A stretch of DNA of 49,337 bases, taken from sequence record OR861627.1. One strand, 5' to 3'. The stretch is from Escherichia phage phiD2-2. The notes beneath the pieces are model-generated. The model saw only the letters and a list, made by a program, of their open reading frames with translations. It was not told the DNA's origin and did no database searches. Numbering within the stretch: position 1 is the first letter of the stretch; each line of letters starts with the position of its first letter. This document shows positions 15,045 through 24,376 of this stretch, one piece after another. The translations under genes were made by a program, and so were the position numbers.

Positions 15045-15400
15045 TTACGATTAACCTGTCAGAGAAGCAAGCTCGTGAAATCCTGGACACGATCGGCGAC
15101 CAGTTACACATCAAGGGCGCTACCGCCGAACTTCTTAACCAGATCGAAAGGCAGCTTACCCCAGCATCAACGAATCAAGCTGAGTTCGCAGCATGGAAGA
15201 GTGAACGCATCTTGCCAAATATCATCAAGGCATGGAAGCGCAAGCATAAAAAAGAAATCAACGTTGAGGATTTGTTTACCGACGAATTAAGCCCTTCAAA
15301 GGTTGCTCAATATCAGTTGCGATACATGGAATCAGTTTGCAATCAGGTTTTAGGTGTTAATTTTCATTTTGGAGAGGTAAATAATGTTCGGATTAAGTGA
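15041..15400 (+). CDS. hypothetical protein (119 aa)
   Basis: Track ORF, start overlaps upstream stop. Confidence 0.55.
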   Translation: MITINLSEKQAREILDTIGDQLHIKGATAELLNQIERQLTPASTNQAEFAAWKSERILPNIIKAWKRKHKKEINVEDLFTDELSPSKVAQYQLRYMESVCNQVLGVNFHFGEVNNVRIK

Positions 15401-15614
15401 AGCGGAATGGAACGTGGTAAAGCGCGCGGCGAAGGAATTAAATAAATTCGTCAGTGGCATGAAGAAAGAAGATCGGAAAAACGACAAGATCATGATTGAC
15501 GTTATTTCTACTCACCACAAAAAGGTCGAATTACTCATCGATCGCTACAAATTTGTCTGGACTGCCGGGTATATTGCCGGGCGCGTAGGTAACAAAGAAG
15601 GGGATTACGAATAA
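15384..15614 (+). CDS. hypothetical protein (76 aa)
   Basis: Track ORF with GGAGAGG RBS. Confidence 0.5.
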   Translation: MFGLSEAEWNVVKRAAKELNKFVSGMKKEDRKNDKIMIDVISTHHKKVELLIDRYKFVWTAGYIAGRVGNKEGDYE

Positions 15615-15817
15615 TGGCTAATTTACCGAAGAAAGGAGATCAGGTTCGATGCATCACTTCACGTAATGGCGATGCTTTCTCAGCTGGGTGCTTGTATGAC
15701 GTTGAAAAAGTCAGTAAAGCAAAGAGGCTCGTATATGTGTACGGCGACGATGGAAACCTGCATGAGATTAATTACCCGCAGGATATGACTAAGGGTCAAT
15801 TTGAAATTAATGATTGA
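15614..15817 (+). CDS. hypothetical protein (67 aa)
   Basis: Track ORF with ATAATGG start overlap. Confidence 0.5.
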   Translation: MANLPKKGDQVRCITSRNGDAFSAGCLYDVEKVSKAKRLVYVYGDDGNLHEINYPQDMTKGQFEIND

Positions 15818-15843
15818 CCTACGTCCCTGAGCGGTGATAGTAT
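15814..15843 (+). promoter_or_regulatory. sigma70-type promoter with extended -10
   Basis: TTGACC, 18-bp spacer, TGaTAGTAT; drives a roughly 130-nt structured leader. Confidence 0.5.
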
Positions 15844-15978
15844 TAATCCCGTAGACAAACTAGGCGCAATGAAGCGCAACGCGTGAGACGATTCTCACAC
15901 TTCCAGCTAACAAGCTCGGTTGCATAGTGGTTAAGCAACGCCGCAGACCCGTAAGCGGCAACAATTCAAGAGGATTGC

Positions 15979-16143
15979 ATGATGCAAAACACCAAAGACG
16001 AATCAGTAAAAATTGAAATTAAAGTAACTCGCAACGGTGAAACCACTCGTTATAAAAAACGATTAAATCCGGGAGAGGCTGTTATTGGTCGAATTGCTGG
16101 CGTTATGATTAAGGCGCAGGAAGATGAAGCGATTCAAGGTTAA
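15979..16143 (+). CDS. hypothetical small protein (54 aa)
   Basis: Hand-translated; AAGAGGA 6 nt upstream of ATG; follows a structured leader. Confidence 0.4.
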   Translation: MMQNTKDESVKIEIKVTRNGETTRYKKRLNPGEAVIGRIAGVMIKAQEDEAIQG

Positions 16144-16309
16144 ATTAATTATTCGAAAGATGGGGATGTTTTGCCAGTCGTGCAAACAATCTTTCGAAAC
16201 AGAATTATCTGCAACCAGTCAGGCAGAAGCCATCACGAAAGCAAAAAAACTTTCCGGCGCTAACCTTGACACTCACAAAATAAATATTGAATTAATCAAG
16301 GAGATTTAA
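16124..16309 (+). CDS. hypothetical small Cys-containing protein (CQSCKQ); start uncertain
   Basis: Track ORF overlapping the previous gene; poor RBS at listed start, internal starts possible. Confidence 0.3.
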   Translation: MKRFKVKLIIRKMGMFCQSCKQSFETELSATSQAEAITKAKKLSGANLDTHKINIELIKEI

Positions 16310-16310
16310 C

Positions 16311-16538
16311 ATGACAATTTTTTTATTGATTATCGCTGGTGTCATTATTTTTGGTGCTGGTTTGTTTGCTGGCTTCGCACTTGTGGCGGCAGCAATTGCG
16401 ATGGACGCGAAGGATAAAACTGGTGTATGGCTGACCTACTCACCTAAGAAGGACCAATGGGAGATGACTGGCGACCTTGCTCACTGCTACTCTAAAGCTC
16501 AGACCCACCCTAAAGGAATTAAGCGACTATTGTCGTGA
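16311..16538 (+). CDS. small membrane protein (75 aa)
   Basis: AAGGAG RBS; N-terminal TM helix IFLLIIAGVIIFGAGLFAGFALVAAAIAM; followed by a terminator. Confidence 0.5.
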   Translation: MTIFLLIIAGVIIFGAGLFAGFALVAAAIAMDAKDKTGVWLTYSPKKDQWEMTGDLAHCYSKAQTHPKGIKRLLS

Positions 16539-16546
16539 TAAACACT

Positions 16547-16571
16547 AACCCGCTTCGGCGGGTTTTTTTAT
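16547..16571 (+). terminator. rho-independent terminator ahead of the packaging genes
   Basis: Stem CCCGC/GCGGG with TTCG loop then T7. Confidence 0.7.
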
Positions 16572-16622
16572 GCCTGCAATATGGTAAAATAGCACTAAAT
16601 GTTAAACAAAGAGGATGGATTT
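16572..16622 (+). promoter_or_regulatory. extended -10 (TGgTAAAAT) plus palindrome in the TerS leader
   Basis: After terminator: TGGTAAAAT then TAGCACTAAATGTTAAAC then AAGAGGA RBS. Confidence 0.45.
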
Positions 16623-17147
16623 ATGAGTGAACATAAAAACGCTCCCGTTGTTCAGGGAGGTAATTTCAAAGAGCTATACAAGAAAAAGTTCGGCACTGTT
16701 CTTGCTAAGAATCGGGCAATGACGCCTGAGCAACTATTCGATCTGTCAGTTAAGTATTTCGAATGGGCTGAAGACAATGCGATCAAGGCTTCTGAGTCTG
16801 CCAGCTTTCAGGGTGGCGTTTATGAATCGCTAGTTCATAAGCCGCGCGTCTTCACCTGGACCGGATACCGACTATTCATCGGTGCAAGCGAGGCCGCAAT
16901 CATTAAGTGGAAGCGAGAGGAAGAATACAGTGAGGTTATGGAGTTTGTGGAATCGGTAATCAACGAGCAAAAATTCCAGCTTGCCGCCAACGGTGTTATT
17001 AACGCCTCATTTATCGGTAAGGATCTCGGAATCGACAAGCCAGCCTCAATCAATATCGAAAACTCGTCAGCTTCCGCATCGACCGCTGTCGCCACTACTG
17101 AGGACGCAATGAAAGAGGCTGTAAACAGTATTCTTGACATGCTTTAA
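16623..17147 (+). CDS. terminase small subunit (putative)
   Basis: About 174 aa gene directly upstream of the large terminase; internal ATG with AAGAGGA RBS preferred over track start 16599. Call by position and size only. Confidence 0.5.
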   Translation: MSEHKNAPVVQGGNFKELYKKKFGTVLAKNRAMTPEQLFDLSVKYFEWAEDNAIKASESASFQGGVYESLVHKPRVFTWTGYRLFIGASEAAIIKWKREEEYSEVMEFVESVINEQKFQLAANGVINASFIGKDLGIDKPASINIENSSASASTAVATTEDAMKEAVNSILDML

Positions 17148-17185
17148 CGTTACGGGCGCGCAAGCGCCCATACAGGAGAATTGAT

Positions 17186-18754
17186 ATGATTCAATGGGAA
17201 GAACTCGACGCAACTCAGAAGTTGGCGATCAAAAAAATGAGCGAGGCCAATTTCGAAAAAATGATTCGGATCTGGTTTCAGCTTATGCAGGCTCAGCAGT
17301 TCCAGCCTAACTGGCATCACCTTTACCTATGTCACGAAGTGGAGGAAATTATTGCAGGCCGACGCGGTAACACTATCTTTAACGTCACGCCAGGCTCCGG
17401 TAAAACTGAGGTGTTCTCAATTCACCTTCCGGTGTACGCAATGCTCAAGTGTAAAAAGGTGAGAAACCTTAACGTGTCGTTTGCCGACAGCTTAGTTAAG
17501 CGTAACAGTAAGCGTGTCCGTGAGATTATCAGCAGCAACGAATTTCAAGAGCTATGGCCTTGCAAGTTCGGTACATCGAAAGACGAGGAGATGCAGGTTC
17601 TTAATGAAGACGGAAAGGTTTGGTTTGAGCTAATCTCCGCAGCGGCTGGTGGTCGTATTACTGGTTCGCGTGGTGGGTACATGATGCCAGGATTCTCAGG
17701 TATGGTAATGCTCGACGATATCGACAAGCCTGATGATATGTTCTCAAAGGTTAAGCGTGAGCGTACGCACATGCTATTGAAAAACACCATTCGATCCCGT
17801 CGTATGCATAACGAAACGCCAATTATCGCAATTCAGCAGCGACTACATGCTCAGGATTCAACCTGGTTCATGATGAATGGCGGGATGGGTATTGAGTTTG
17901 ACCAAATCTCAATCCCGGCGCTGGTGACGGAAGAATACGGAAAGACACTTCCTGATTGGTTGCAGCCTTACTTTGAGCGTGATGTTTTATCGTCTGAGTA
18001 TGTAGAATTGGATGGCGTTAAGCATTACTCTTTTTGGCCCAGCAAGGAAAGCGTTCACGACCTGTTAGCCTTGCGAGAAGCTGATCAGTACACCTTTGAC
18101 TCTCAGTATCAGCAGAAGCCGATCGCGCTTGGTGGCTCCGTGTTTAACTCGGAGTGGTGGACCTATTACGGCAGCAGCCTTGACGCTGACGAGCCAGATC
18201 CTGGTAAATATGATTACCGTTTTATCACAGCAGATACCGCTCAGAAGACGGGTGAGCTAAACGACTACACGGTCTTTTGTTTATGGGGTAAGAAAAACGA
18301 TAAGGTTTACTTTATCGACGGCATTCGCGGCAAGTGGGAAGCGACTGATATGGAGAAACAATTTACCGCCTTTGTGAATCAGGCATGGAGGCACAATAAA
18401 TCAATGGGCGTGCTTCGCAAAATCTACGTGGAAGATAAAGCGAGCGGAACGGGCTTGATTCAGAACTTAAGGAAAAAGACCCCGATCTCAATTACACCAT
18501 TGCAACGTAACAAAGATAAAGTTACCCGAGCGATGGATGCGCAGCCAGTTATTAAGGCCGGGCGTGTAGTTCTTCCAGAAGAGCACCCTATGCTTGCGGA
18601 AATCATCGCAGAGCATAGCGCTTTCACATATGATGACACACATCCGCATGATGACATTGTCGATAACTTCATGGATGCGGCGAACATTGAATTGCTGACT
18701 ATTGACGATCCTATTGAGCGAATGAAGCGACTTGCCGGGATGGTTAAGCGGTAA
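17186..18754 (+). CDS. terminase large subunit
   Basis: 522 aa; Walker A NVTPGSGKTEV near N-terminus, acidic nuclease-type C-terminal half; GGAG RBS. Confidence 0.85.
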   Translation: MIQWEELDATQKLAIKKMSEANFEKMIRIWFQLMQAQQFQPNWHHLYLCHEVEEIIAGRRGNTIFNVTPGSGKTEVFSIHLPVYAMLKCKKVRNLNVSFADSLVKRNSKRVREIISSNEFQELWPCKFGTSKDEEMQVLNEDGKVWFELISAAAGGRITGSRGGYMMPGFSGMVMLDDIDKPDDMFSKVKRERTHMLLKNTIRSRRMHNETPIIAIQQRLHAQDSTWFMMNGGMGIEFDQISIPALVTEEYGKTLPDWLQPYFERDVLSSEYVELDGVKHYSFWPSKESVHDLLALREADQYTFDSQYQQKPIALGGSVFNSEWWTYYGSSLDADEPDPGKYDYRFITADTAQKTGELNDYTVFCLWGKKNDKVYFIDGIRGKWEATDMEKQFTAFVNQAWRHNKSMGVLRKIYVEDKASGTGLIQNLRKKTPISITPLQRNKDKVTRAMDAQPVIKAGRVVLPEEHPMLAEIIAEHSAFTYDDTHPHDDIVDNFMDAANIELLTIDDPIERMKRLAGMVKR

Positions 18755-18772
18755 TAAATGAGATATAATCAA

Positions 18773-18797
18773 GGCTGTCAATTGACGGCCTTTTTTA
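18773..18797 (+). terminator. rho-independent terminator between TerL and portal
   Basis: Stem GGCTGTCAA/TTGACGGCC then T6. Confidence 0.55.
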
Positions 18798-18808
18798 TTG
18801 GAGGAAAC

Positions 18809-20092
18809 ATGAAAATTGTTAAACATGATGGATATAACGATATCTTTAACGGCGGCGCGGACGGTTCACCAAAGCCATTTTTTATGTCAGACGCATCATA
18901 TCACGTAGGATCTTTCTATAACGATAACGCAACAGCGAAGCGAATTGTAGATGTGATCCCGGAAGAAATGGTGACGGCTGGATTTAAAATTTCAGGCGTT
19001 AAGGATGAAAAAGAGTTCAAATCTCTGTGGGATAGTTACAAAATTGATCCTAGCTTGGTTGATGCTCTTTGCTGGGCGCGCTTATACGGTGGGGCGGCTA
19101 TTGTAGCAATCATTAATGACAACAGAATGCTAACCAGTCCAGTTAAGCCTGGGGCTAAACTTGAAGGTGTGCGTGTTTACGATAGGTTCGCAATTACAAT
19201 CGAAAAAAGAGTAACCAATGCGCGATCGCCTCGCTATGGTGAGCCTGAGATCTATAAGGTGTCACCTGGTGACAATATTCAACCTTACTTAATCCACCAC
19301 ACAAGAATTTTCATTGCTGATGGTGAGAGAGTTACCCCTCAGATGAGGAAGCAGAATCAGGGGTGGGGTGCTTCAGTTTTGAATAAGTCACTGATTGATG
19401 CAATCTGCGACTACGACTATTGCGAATCACTTGCGACTCAGATCCTTCGGCGTAAGCAACAGGCGGTATGGAAGGTCAAAGGTCTTGCCGAAATGTGCGA
19501 TGATGACGATGCTCAGTATGCGGCGCGTCTGCGACTTGCTCAGGTTGATGATAACTCCGGCGTAGGCCGCGCGATCGGTATCGATGCTGAGACGGAAGAA
19601 TACGATGTTCTAAACTCTGATATCAGCGGAGTACCTGAGTTCTTATCAAGCAAGATGGATCGTATTGTTTCCCTTTCCGGGATTCATGAGATTATCATCA
19701 AAAATAAGAACGTAGGCGGCGTATCAGCGAGCCAAAACACGGCGCTTGAGACTTTCTATAAGTTGGTAGATCGTAAGCGTGAGGAAGATTACAGGCCGCT
19801 TCTTGAGTTCTTGCTGCCGTTCATTGTTGACGAGCAAGAGTGGTCGATCGAGTTCGAGCCTTTATCTGTTCCGAGCAAGAAAGAGGAATCAGAGATCACG
19901 AAGAATAACGTTGAGTCGGTTACGAAAGCTATCACTGAGCAAATCATCGATCTGGAAGAGGCTCGCGATACGTTGCGCTCTATCGCCCCTGAGTTTAAGC
20001 TAAAGGACGGTAATAACATCAACATTCGCGAACCGGAAGAGCCAACCGAACCGGAGCCGGGATTAGGGGAGAAGTTAGAAGATGAAAATTAA
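18809..20092 (+). CDS. portal protein
   Basis: About 427 aa gene after TerL, acidic C-terminus; track ORF trimmed to ATG (MKIVKHDG) with GGAGGAAA RBS. Confidence 0.7.
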   Translation: MKIVKHDGYNDIFNGGADGSPKPFFMSDASYHVGSFYNDNATAKRIVDVIPEEMVTAGFKISGVKDEKEFKSLWDSYKIDPSLVDALCWARLYGGAAIVAIINDNRMLTSPVKPGAKLEGVRVYDRFAITIEKRVTNARSPRYGEPEIYKVSPGDNIQPYLIHHTRIFIADGERVTPQMRKQNQGWGASVLNKSLIDAICDYDYCESLATQILRRKQQAVWKVKGLAEMCDDDDAQYAARLRLAQVDDNSGVGRAIGIDAETEEYDVLNSDISGVPEFLSSKMDRIVSLSGIHEIIIKNKNVGGVSASQNTALETFYKLVDRKREEDYRPLLEFLLPFIVDEQEWSIEFEPLSVPSKKEESEITKNNVESVTKAITEQIIDLEEARDTLRSIAPEFKLKDGNNINIREPEEPTEPEPGLGEKLEDEN

Positions 20093-20843
20093 TGGCGTTG
20101 CTACTCAGTGGCGCTATCCTGAAATGAGCGAGCGCGCAATGTCGCGCTCCCTACAGGATGTAGCAGCCAAACTAACTGAAAAAATGCGTGACGAATTAAA
20201 GCCTATGAAATTTGATGCTACCGACGAAGAGATAGATCAGGCAGAAAGGTCATTGCTTGATTACGTTGAATCGCTCATCTCGCCGATTATAGGTTCTCTA
20301 TCATCCGTTGCGCTCACGATCTATAAATTCAACTCTAAGCAGTGGCTGCGCATCGCTCGCAATGCTGGAGGTAAGAAGAATCAAGCCGTGATGCTACTTG
20401 CCCTGATTGGTCCTACCGCTGACGAAAGCTGGTACTCAGGACAATATAATCTGTGGCGATCGCAGGTTACTACTTCTATCAGGAAATTTGCCGCCAACAT
20501 GGTTACTGATTTCACTGATAAACTTCGTGCGGCATCCGGTCAGGGTAAAAGCAAGGATTTTGTTGTTGAACTTGCTAAGGAACGATTTGGTATTTACCGG
20601 AACTGGGCCAAAAATAGAGCGTCGGGAATTGTCGGAACATGGAACAGTAGACTGATGCGGCAGCGTGTAAAAGACGCTGGTGTATCTTACTATTTCTGGC
20701 GCGGGGTGATGGATTTACGCGAACGTGAAAAACATGTAAGATGGGAAGGTAAGCGCATAGCGGTAGATTCCGATCACGTATTCCCGGGTGAAGAATACAA
20801 CTGCCGTTGTTGGGCTGTTCCAGACTTTTCCACAGGAGATTAA
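20082..20843 (+). CDS. head morphogenesis protein (Mu F-like minor head protein)
   Basis: 253 aa, downstream of portal; C-terminal FPGEEYNCRCWAVP motif typical of the F-like family. Confidence 0.65.
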   Translation: MKINGVATQWRYPEMSERAMSRSLQDVAAKLTEKMRDELKPMKFDATDEEIDQAERSLLDYVESLISPIIGSLSSVALTIYKFNSKQWLRIARNAGGKKNQAVMLLALIGPTADESWYSGQYNLWRSQVTTSIRKFAANMVTDFTDKLRAASGQGKSKDFVVELAKERFGIYRNWAKNRASGIVGTWNSRLMRQRVKDAGVSYYFWRGVMDLREREKHVRWEGKRIAVDSDHVFPGEEYNCRCWAVPDFSTGD

Positions 20844-20845
20844 AA

Positions 20846-21958
20846 ATGAAGGCAAAGCAAAGATTCGATTCGGTAAAAATCAAGGCACACTTTGATGATA
20901 ATGGTTTTTTGGTTGATCGCCCCATCGTGGCGAGAATTGGTGCTCAGGTTTACAAGACTCCACACGGCGATCGCGTTGAGTTCCGTCCGGCGTCCGAAGT
21001 TTTCAAGCAAGATTCATTGCAAAGTTTTGCAGGCAAGCCGATTACAGTAGGTCACGTAACGGTAACTCCCCAAAATGCTAAGGATGTTGTTGTCGGATCG
21101 TGTGCTGGCGCTGGTATTGCTTCAGGGGTTGGCGTTGAAGTTCCTTTGAGTATTTACAGCGACTACGCGATCAGCAAAGCTAAAGCGAAGGAGGCCGGGG
21201 AATTATCTGTAGGGTATACGTCGGTAGATATTGATAAGCCCGGCTGGGGTTCAAATGAGACTGGAGAATATATCTTCGAAGAGGATATGAAACAGGACGA
21301 AGCGCCGCCTGAAGGTTGGGTGAAATTCGACGCGGTACAGACTAATATCAAGGTCAACCATATTGCCCTAGTTTTTAAAGGTCGTGCGGGAATTGCTAAA
21401 TTAAATCTTGATGCCGAACAGGAGTTCCCGTATGATAATAACGTTCAATTAACTAACGAGGACAAGCAAATGAAAAAAATTAAGATCGACTCAGTTGATG
21501 TGGAAGTAACCGAAGACGTTGCGAACCATATCGAAAAATTAACCGCTCAGATTGCCACCATTCAGGGGAAAGCTGATGGCTTCGAAGCTGAGCGCGATGC
21601 GCTGAAGGTTAAGGTTGACTCTCTGCCGGAACTTGTGAAGGCCGAGGTAGAGAAGCAAAAAGCCGATGCCGCCGCACGCGCAGAAGTTACCGCAGTAGCA
21701 GAAACCGCAGGCGTCAAACATGATGGTCTTGATATCAAAGACGTCAAGATTGCCGTAGTTAAAGCCATGCTTGATAAAGATGTTAGTGAAAAATCTGATG
21801 CATATATCGACGCTATGTTTGATGTTGCTAAAGATTCTGATATCATGGCTATTCAGCGTAAAGCAGTAAAAGGCGACTCTATCGAAGGCGGTAAGCCGGA
21901 AGAGAAAAACGACGCCGCGCCTGTTACGCCAAATTCACGTTTAAGCAAAGTAATGTAA
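20846..21958 (+). CDS. putative scaffolding (or protease-scaffold) protein
   Basis: Track ORF trimmed to MKAKQRF with GGAG RBS; C-terminal half is alanine/lysine/glutamate-rich predicted coiled coil. Confidence 0.4.
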   Translation: MKAKQRFDSVKIKAHFDDNGFLVDRPIVARIGAQVYKTPHGDRVEFRPASEVFKQDSLQSFAGKPITVGHVTVTPQNAKDVVVGSCAGAGIASGVGVEVPLSIYSDYAISKAKAKEAGELSVGYTSVDIDKPGWGSNETGEYIFEEDMKQDEAPPEGWVKFDAVQTNIKVNHIALVFKGRAGIAKLNLDAEQEFPYDNNVQLTNEDKQMKKIKIDSVDVEVTEDVANHIEKLTAQIATIQGKADGFEAERDALKVKVDSLPELVKAEVEKQKADAAARAEVTAVAETAGVKHDGLDIKDVKIAVVKAMLDKDVSEKSDAYIDAMFDVAKDSDIMAIQRKAVKGDSIEGGKPEEKNDAAPVTPNSRLSKVM

Positions 21959-21969
21959 GGGGAAATATC

Positions 21970-22446
21970 ATGGCACAAATTAATGCATCTTATCAGCGAG
22001 ATATGGCGATTGCGCTTCCGGGTATGGTTGCGGATACTTCAAAGTACAATATTGACGGCGCTTGTGTCGTTAATGAAGGTGATGTTCTTGTTGGCGCTGC
22101 CGTACAAGTTGTTCAAGCTCAGGCGGTTGATGGTCATAAGTTGGTTAAGGCTCTTACTACCGGAACCACTCCTTACGGCGTGGCAATCCGATCTCACTGG
22201 CAGACTGTTAACGCTCAAAATCAGATGATTTACGAAGATGGCGGCGCTATCAACGTGATGACTTCAGGCCGAGTATGGATGCTTTCCAAATCCACCGAAG
22301 CACCAACTTTCGGCTCTGCCGTTAAACTTGATGTTGATGGTCAGGAAAAATCTGATGGCACGATCGAAACAACCTGGACCTACGCTGGCGGTTGGACTAA
22401 ATACAAAGATATTCAGCTTGTTGAGGTTCAGTTGCATCAACTGTAA
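21970..22446 (+). CDS. capsid-associated protein, paralog 1 (possible decoration protein)
   Basis: Shares N-terminal block (TSKYNIDGACV...AVQVV...TPYGVAIRS...GRVWML) with the next gene; terminator follows. Confidence 0.4.
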   Translation: MAQINASYQRDMAIALPGMVADTSKYNIDGACVVNEGDVLVGAAVQVVQAQAVDGHKLVKALTTGTTPYGVAIRSHWQTVNAQNQMIYEDGGAINVMTSGRVWMLSKSTEAPTFGSAVKLDVDGQEKSDGTIETTWTYAGGWTKYKDIQLVEVQLHQL

Positions 22447-22462
22447 TTAGCGTTTAATATGG

Positions 22463-22495
22463 GGACTATCTTTTTTTTGGATAGTCCTTTTTTTA
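22463..22495 (+). terminator. rho-independent terminator
   Basis: Stem GGACTATC/GGATAGTCC then T7. Confidence 0.65.
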
Positions 22496-22508
22496 TGGAG
22501 AAATCATT

Positions 22509-23276
22509 ATGGCTTACGAAAATTTGTTCTTGCGCCCCGCGTGTCCGGGAAATATTTCTGATACTTCAACCTACAATATTGATGGAGCTTGTGTGGCTCA
22601 AGGTGACATTGGGTTCGGCTCAGCGGTTCAGGTTGTAGGCATCGTTGACGGTGTAAAAGTTGTGGCGGCGCTTCCTGATGGTGGAACTCCTTACGGTATC
22701 GCTTTCCGTTCCCAATATGAACACCTGAGCGGTAAAATCCTTGACGGTGAAGTGTGCAACGTCGTTTCTCACGGTCGCGTATGGACTCTTACTTCTCTTG
22801 GTGAGGCTCCCAGCTTGTTCTCAAAGTTACAGTTTGGGTCTGGTGGAGTTGTTACTGGTGGATCTGGTTCCGCAGGTTGGACATTTGCGGGTGGCTTTGT
22901 TAAGCATGAAGATGGCTACATCATTGAGGTTCAGGTGAAACAAAATGCTTTCATCGCTCCACCGCCACCGCCCCCTGTCGTTCTTGTTGAATCTGCTACA
23001 ATCGCCACTGACAAGGAAAGCCCTCAACCAAACAATGTTACGATCCAGTGTGTAGCTAATGCTCTTCCGGATAATGCAACCGATAAGACTGGTAAATGGT
23101 CAATCGACGCTACCAATATCGCCACTGTCGATCCGGACTCAGGTCTTGTAACTCCTGTTGGTGGAGAGGTAGTCGGTGATTTCAATATTACCTGGACGGC
23201 TAACGATGCCAGCAAGACGACGGCAACTATTGCTTATCGCGTAGAAGCAGTGCCAACGCCAGAGGTTGATGCATAA
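22509..23276 (+). CDS. capsid-associated protein, paralog 2, with poly-Pro linker and C-terminal Ig-like domain
   Basis: N-terminal block paralogous to 21970-22446; APPPPPPVV linker; C-terminal beta-rich segment resembling a bacterial Ig-like (Big_2) fold. Confidence 0.45.
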   Translation: MAYENLFLRPACPGNISDTSTYNIDGACVAQGDIGFGSAVQVVGIVDGVKVVAALPDGGTPYGIAFRSQYEHLSGKILDGEVCNVVSHGRVWTLTSLGEAPSLFSKLQFGSGGVVTGGSGSAGWTFAGGFVKHEDGYIIEVQVKQNAFIAPPPPPPVVLVESATIATDKESPQPNNVTIQCVANALPDNATDKTGKWSIDATNIATVDPDSGLVTPVGGEVVGDFNITWTANDASKTTATIAYRVEAVPTPEVDA

Positions 23277-23296
23277 CATAAAAACACTTTGACGCT

Positions 23297-23313
23297 TTAA
23301 CAAAAAGTGCTAT
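23297..23313. repeat. boundary palindrome copy adjacent to a terminator
   Basis: TTTAACAAAAAGTGCTAT. Confidence 0.5.
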
Positions 23314-23318
23314 TATTG

Positions 23319-23348
23319 AAGCCGTGAACATAATCACGGCTTTTTTAT
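23319..23348 (+). terminator. rho-independent terminator ahead of the major capsid gene
   Basis: Stem AGCCGTGA/TCACGGCT then T6; a palindrome copy lies just upstream. Confidence 0.65.
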
Positions 23349-23367
23349 TAACTACGGAGAAGTAATA

Positions 23368-24327
23368 ATGACTACTAAAAAATTTGATGAAGCAGATAAA
23401 AGCAATGTTGAAATGTATCTGATCCAGGCTGGCGTAAAACAGGATGCAGCCGCAACGATGGGTATCTGGACCGCTCAGGAACTACACCGCATCAAGAGTC
23501 AGTCCTATGAAGAAGACTACCCGGTCGGCTCCGCTCTACGAGTATTCCCGGTTACAACCGAACTCTCTCCGACCGACAAGACGTTTGAGTACATGACCTT
23601 TGATAAGGTTGGTACTGCTCAGATTATCGCTGACTATACCGATGACCTGCCTCTGGTTGATGCACTTGGTACTTCTGAATTTGGTAAGGTGTTCCGTTTG
23701 GGTAACGCGTATCTGATCTCAATCGACGAAATCAAAGCAGGTCAGGCAACTGGTCGCCCACTGTCAACCCGTAAGGCGAGCGCGTGCCAGTTGGCGCATG
23801 ATCAGCTTGTTAACCGCCTGGTGTTCAAAGGTTCCGCACCGCACAAGATTGTGTCCGTGTTTAACCATCCGAACATCACTAAAATTACCTCCGGTAAGTG
23901 GATTGATGCATCTACTATGAAGCCGGAAACTGCGGAAGCTGAGCTAACTCAAGCGATCGAAACCATCGAGACGATTACTCGGGGTCAGCACCGCGCAACC
24001 AACATCCTGATCCCGCCTTCCATGCGTAAGGTTTTGGCGATTCGTATGCCTGAGACAACCATGTCTTATCTGGACTATTTTAAGTCTCAGAACTCCGGTA
24101 TCGAAATCGACTCTATCGCAGAGCTTGAGGATATTGACGGCGCAGGCACCAAAGGCGTACTGGTGTACGAAAAGAATCCGATGAACATGTCCATCGAGAT
24201 CCCGGAAGCATTTAATATGCTGCCAGCACAACCGAAAGACTTGCACTTTAAAGTGCCTTGCACTTCTAAGTGTACTGGTCTTACAATTTATCGCCCGATG
24301 ACTATTGTCTTAATCACTGGCGTGTAA
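23368..24327 (+). CDS. major capsid protein (putative)
   Basis: 319 aa gene with strong RBS, flanked by terminators, in the expected position after scaffold; no motif-level proof. Confidence 0.6.
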   Translation: MTTKKFDEADKSNVEMYLIQAGVKQDAAATMGIWTAQELHRIKSQSYEEDYPVGSALRVFPVTTELSPTDKTFEYMTFDKVGTAQIIADYTDDLPLVDALGTSEFGKVFRLGNAYLISIDEIKAGQATGRPLSTRKASACQLAHDQLVNRLVFKGSAPHKIVSVFNHPNITKITSGKWIDASTMKPETAEAELTQAIETIETITRGQHRATNILIPPSMRKVLAIRMPETTMSYLDYFKSQNSGIEIDSIAELEDIDGAGTKGVLVYEKNPMNMSIEIPEAFNMLPAQPKDLHFKVPCTSKCTGLTIYRPMTIVLITGV

Positions 24328-24334
24328 TATTATA

Positions 24335-24362
24335 GGGGCTAACTTAGTTAGTCCCTTTTTTA
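24335..24362 (+). terminator. rho-independent terminator after the major capsid gene
   Basis: Stem GGGCTAAC/GTTAGTCC then T6. Confidence 0.65.
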
Positions 24363-24376
24363 TTGGAGAAATCAAA

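Noticed and set aside
15900-15960. tRNA-like appearance (GCATAGTGGTTAAGC resembles a D-arm; GCCGC...GCGGC stem)
   Set aside because: No T-loop GTTCGAATC-type motif, no acceptor stem pairing, and the would-be anticodon loop is 10 nt; more consistent with a structured mRNA leader.
17147-17185. Hairpin GGGCGCgcaaGCGCCC between TerS and TerL as a terminator
   Set aside because: No downstream T-run and it directly precedes the TerL RBS; more likely a translational-coupling or stability structure.
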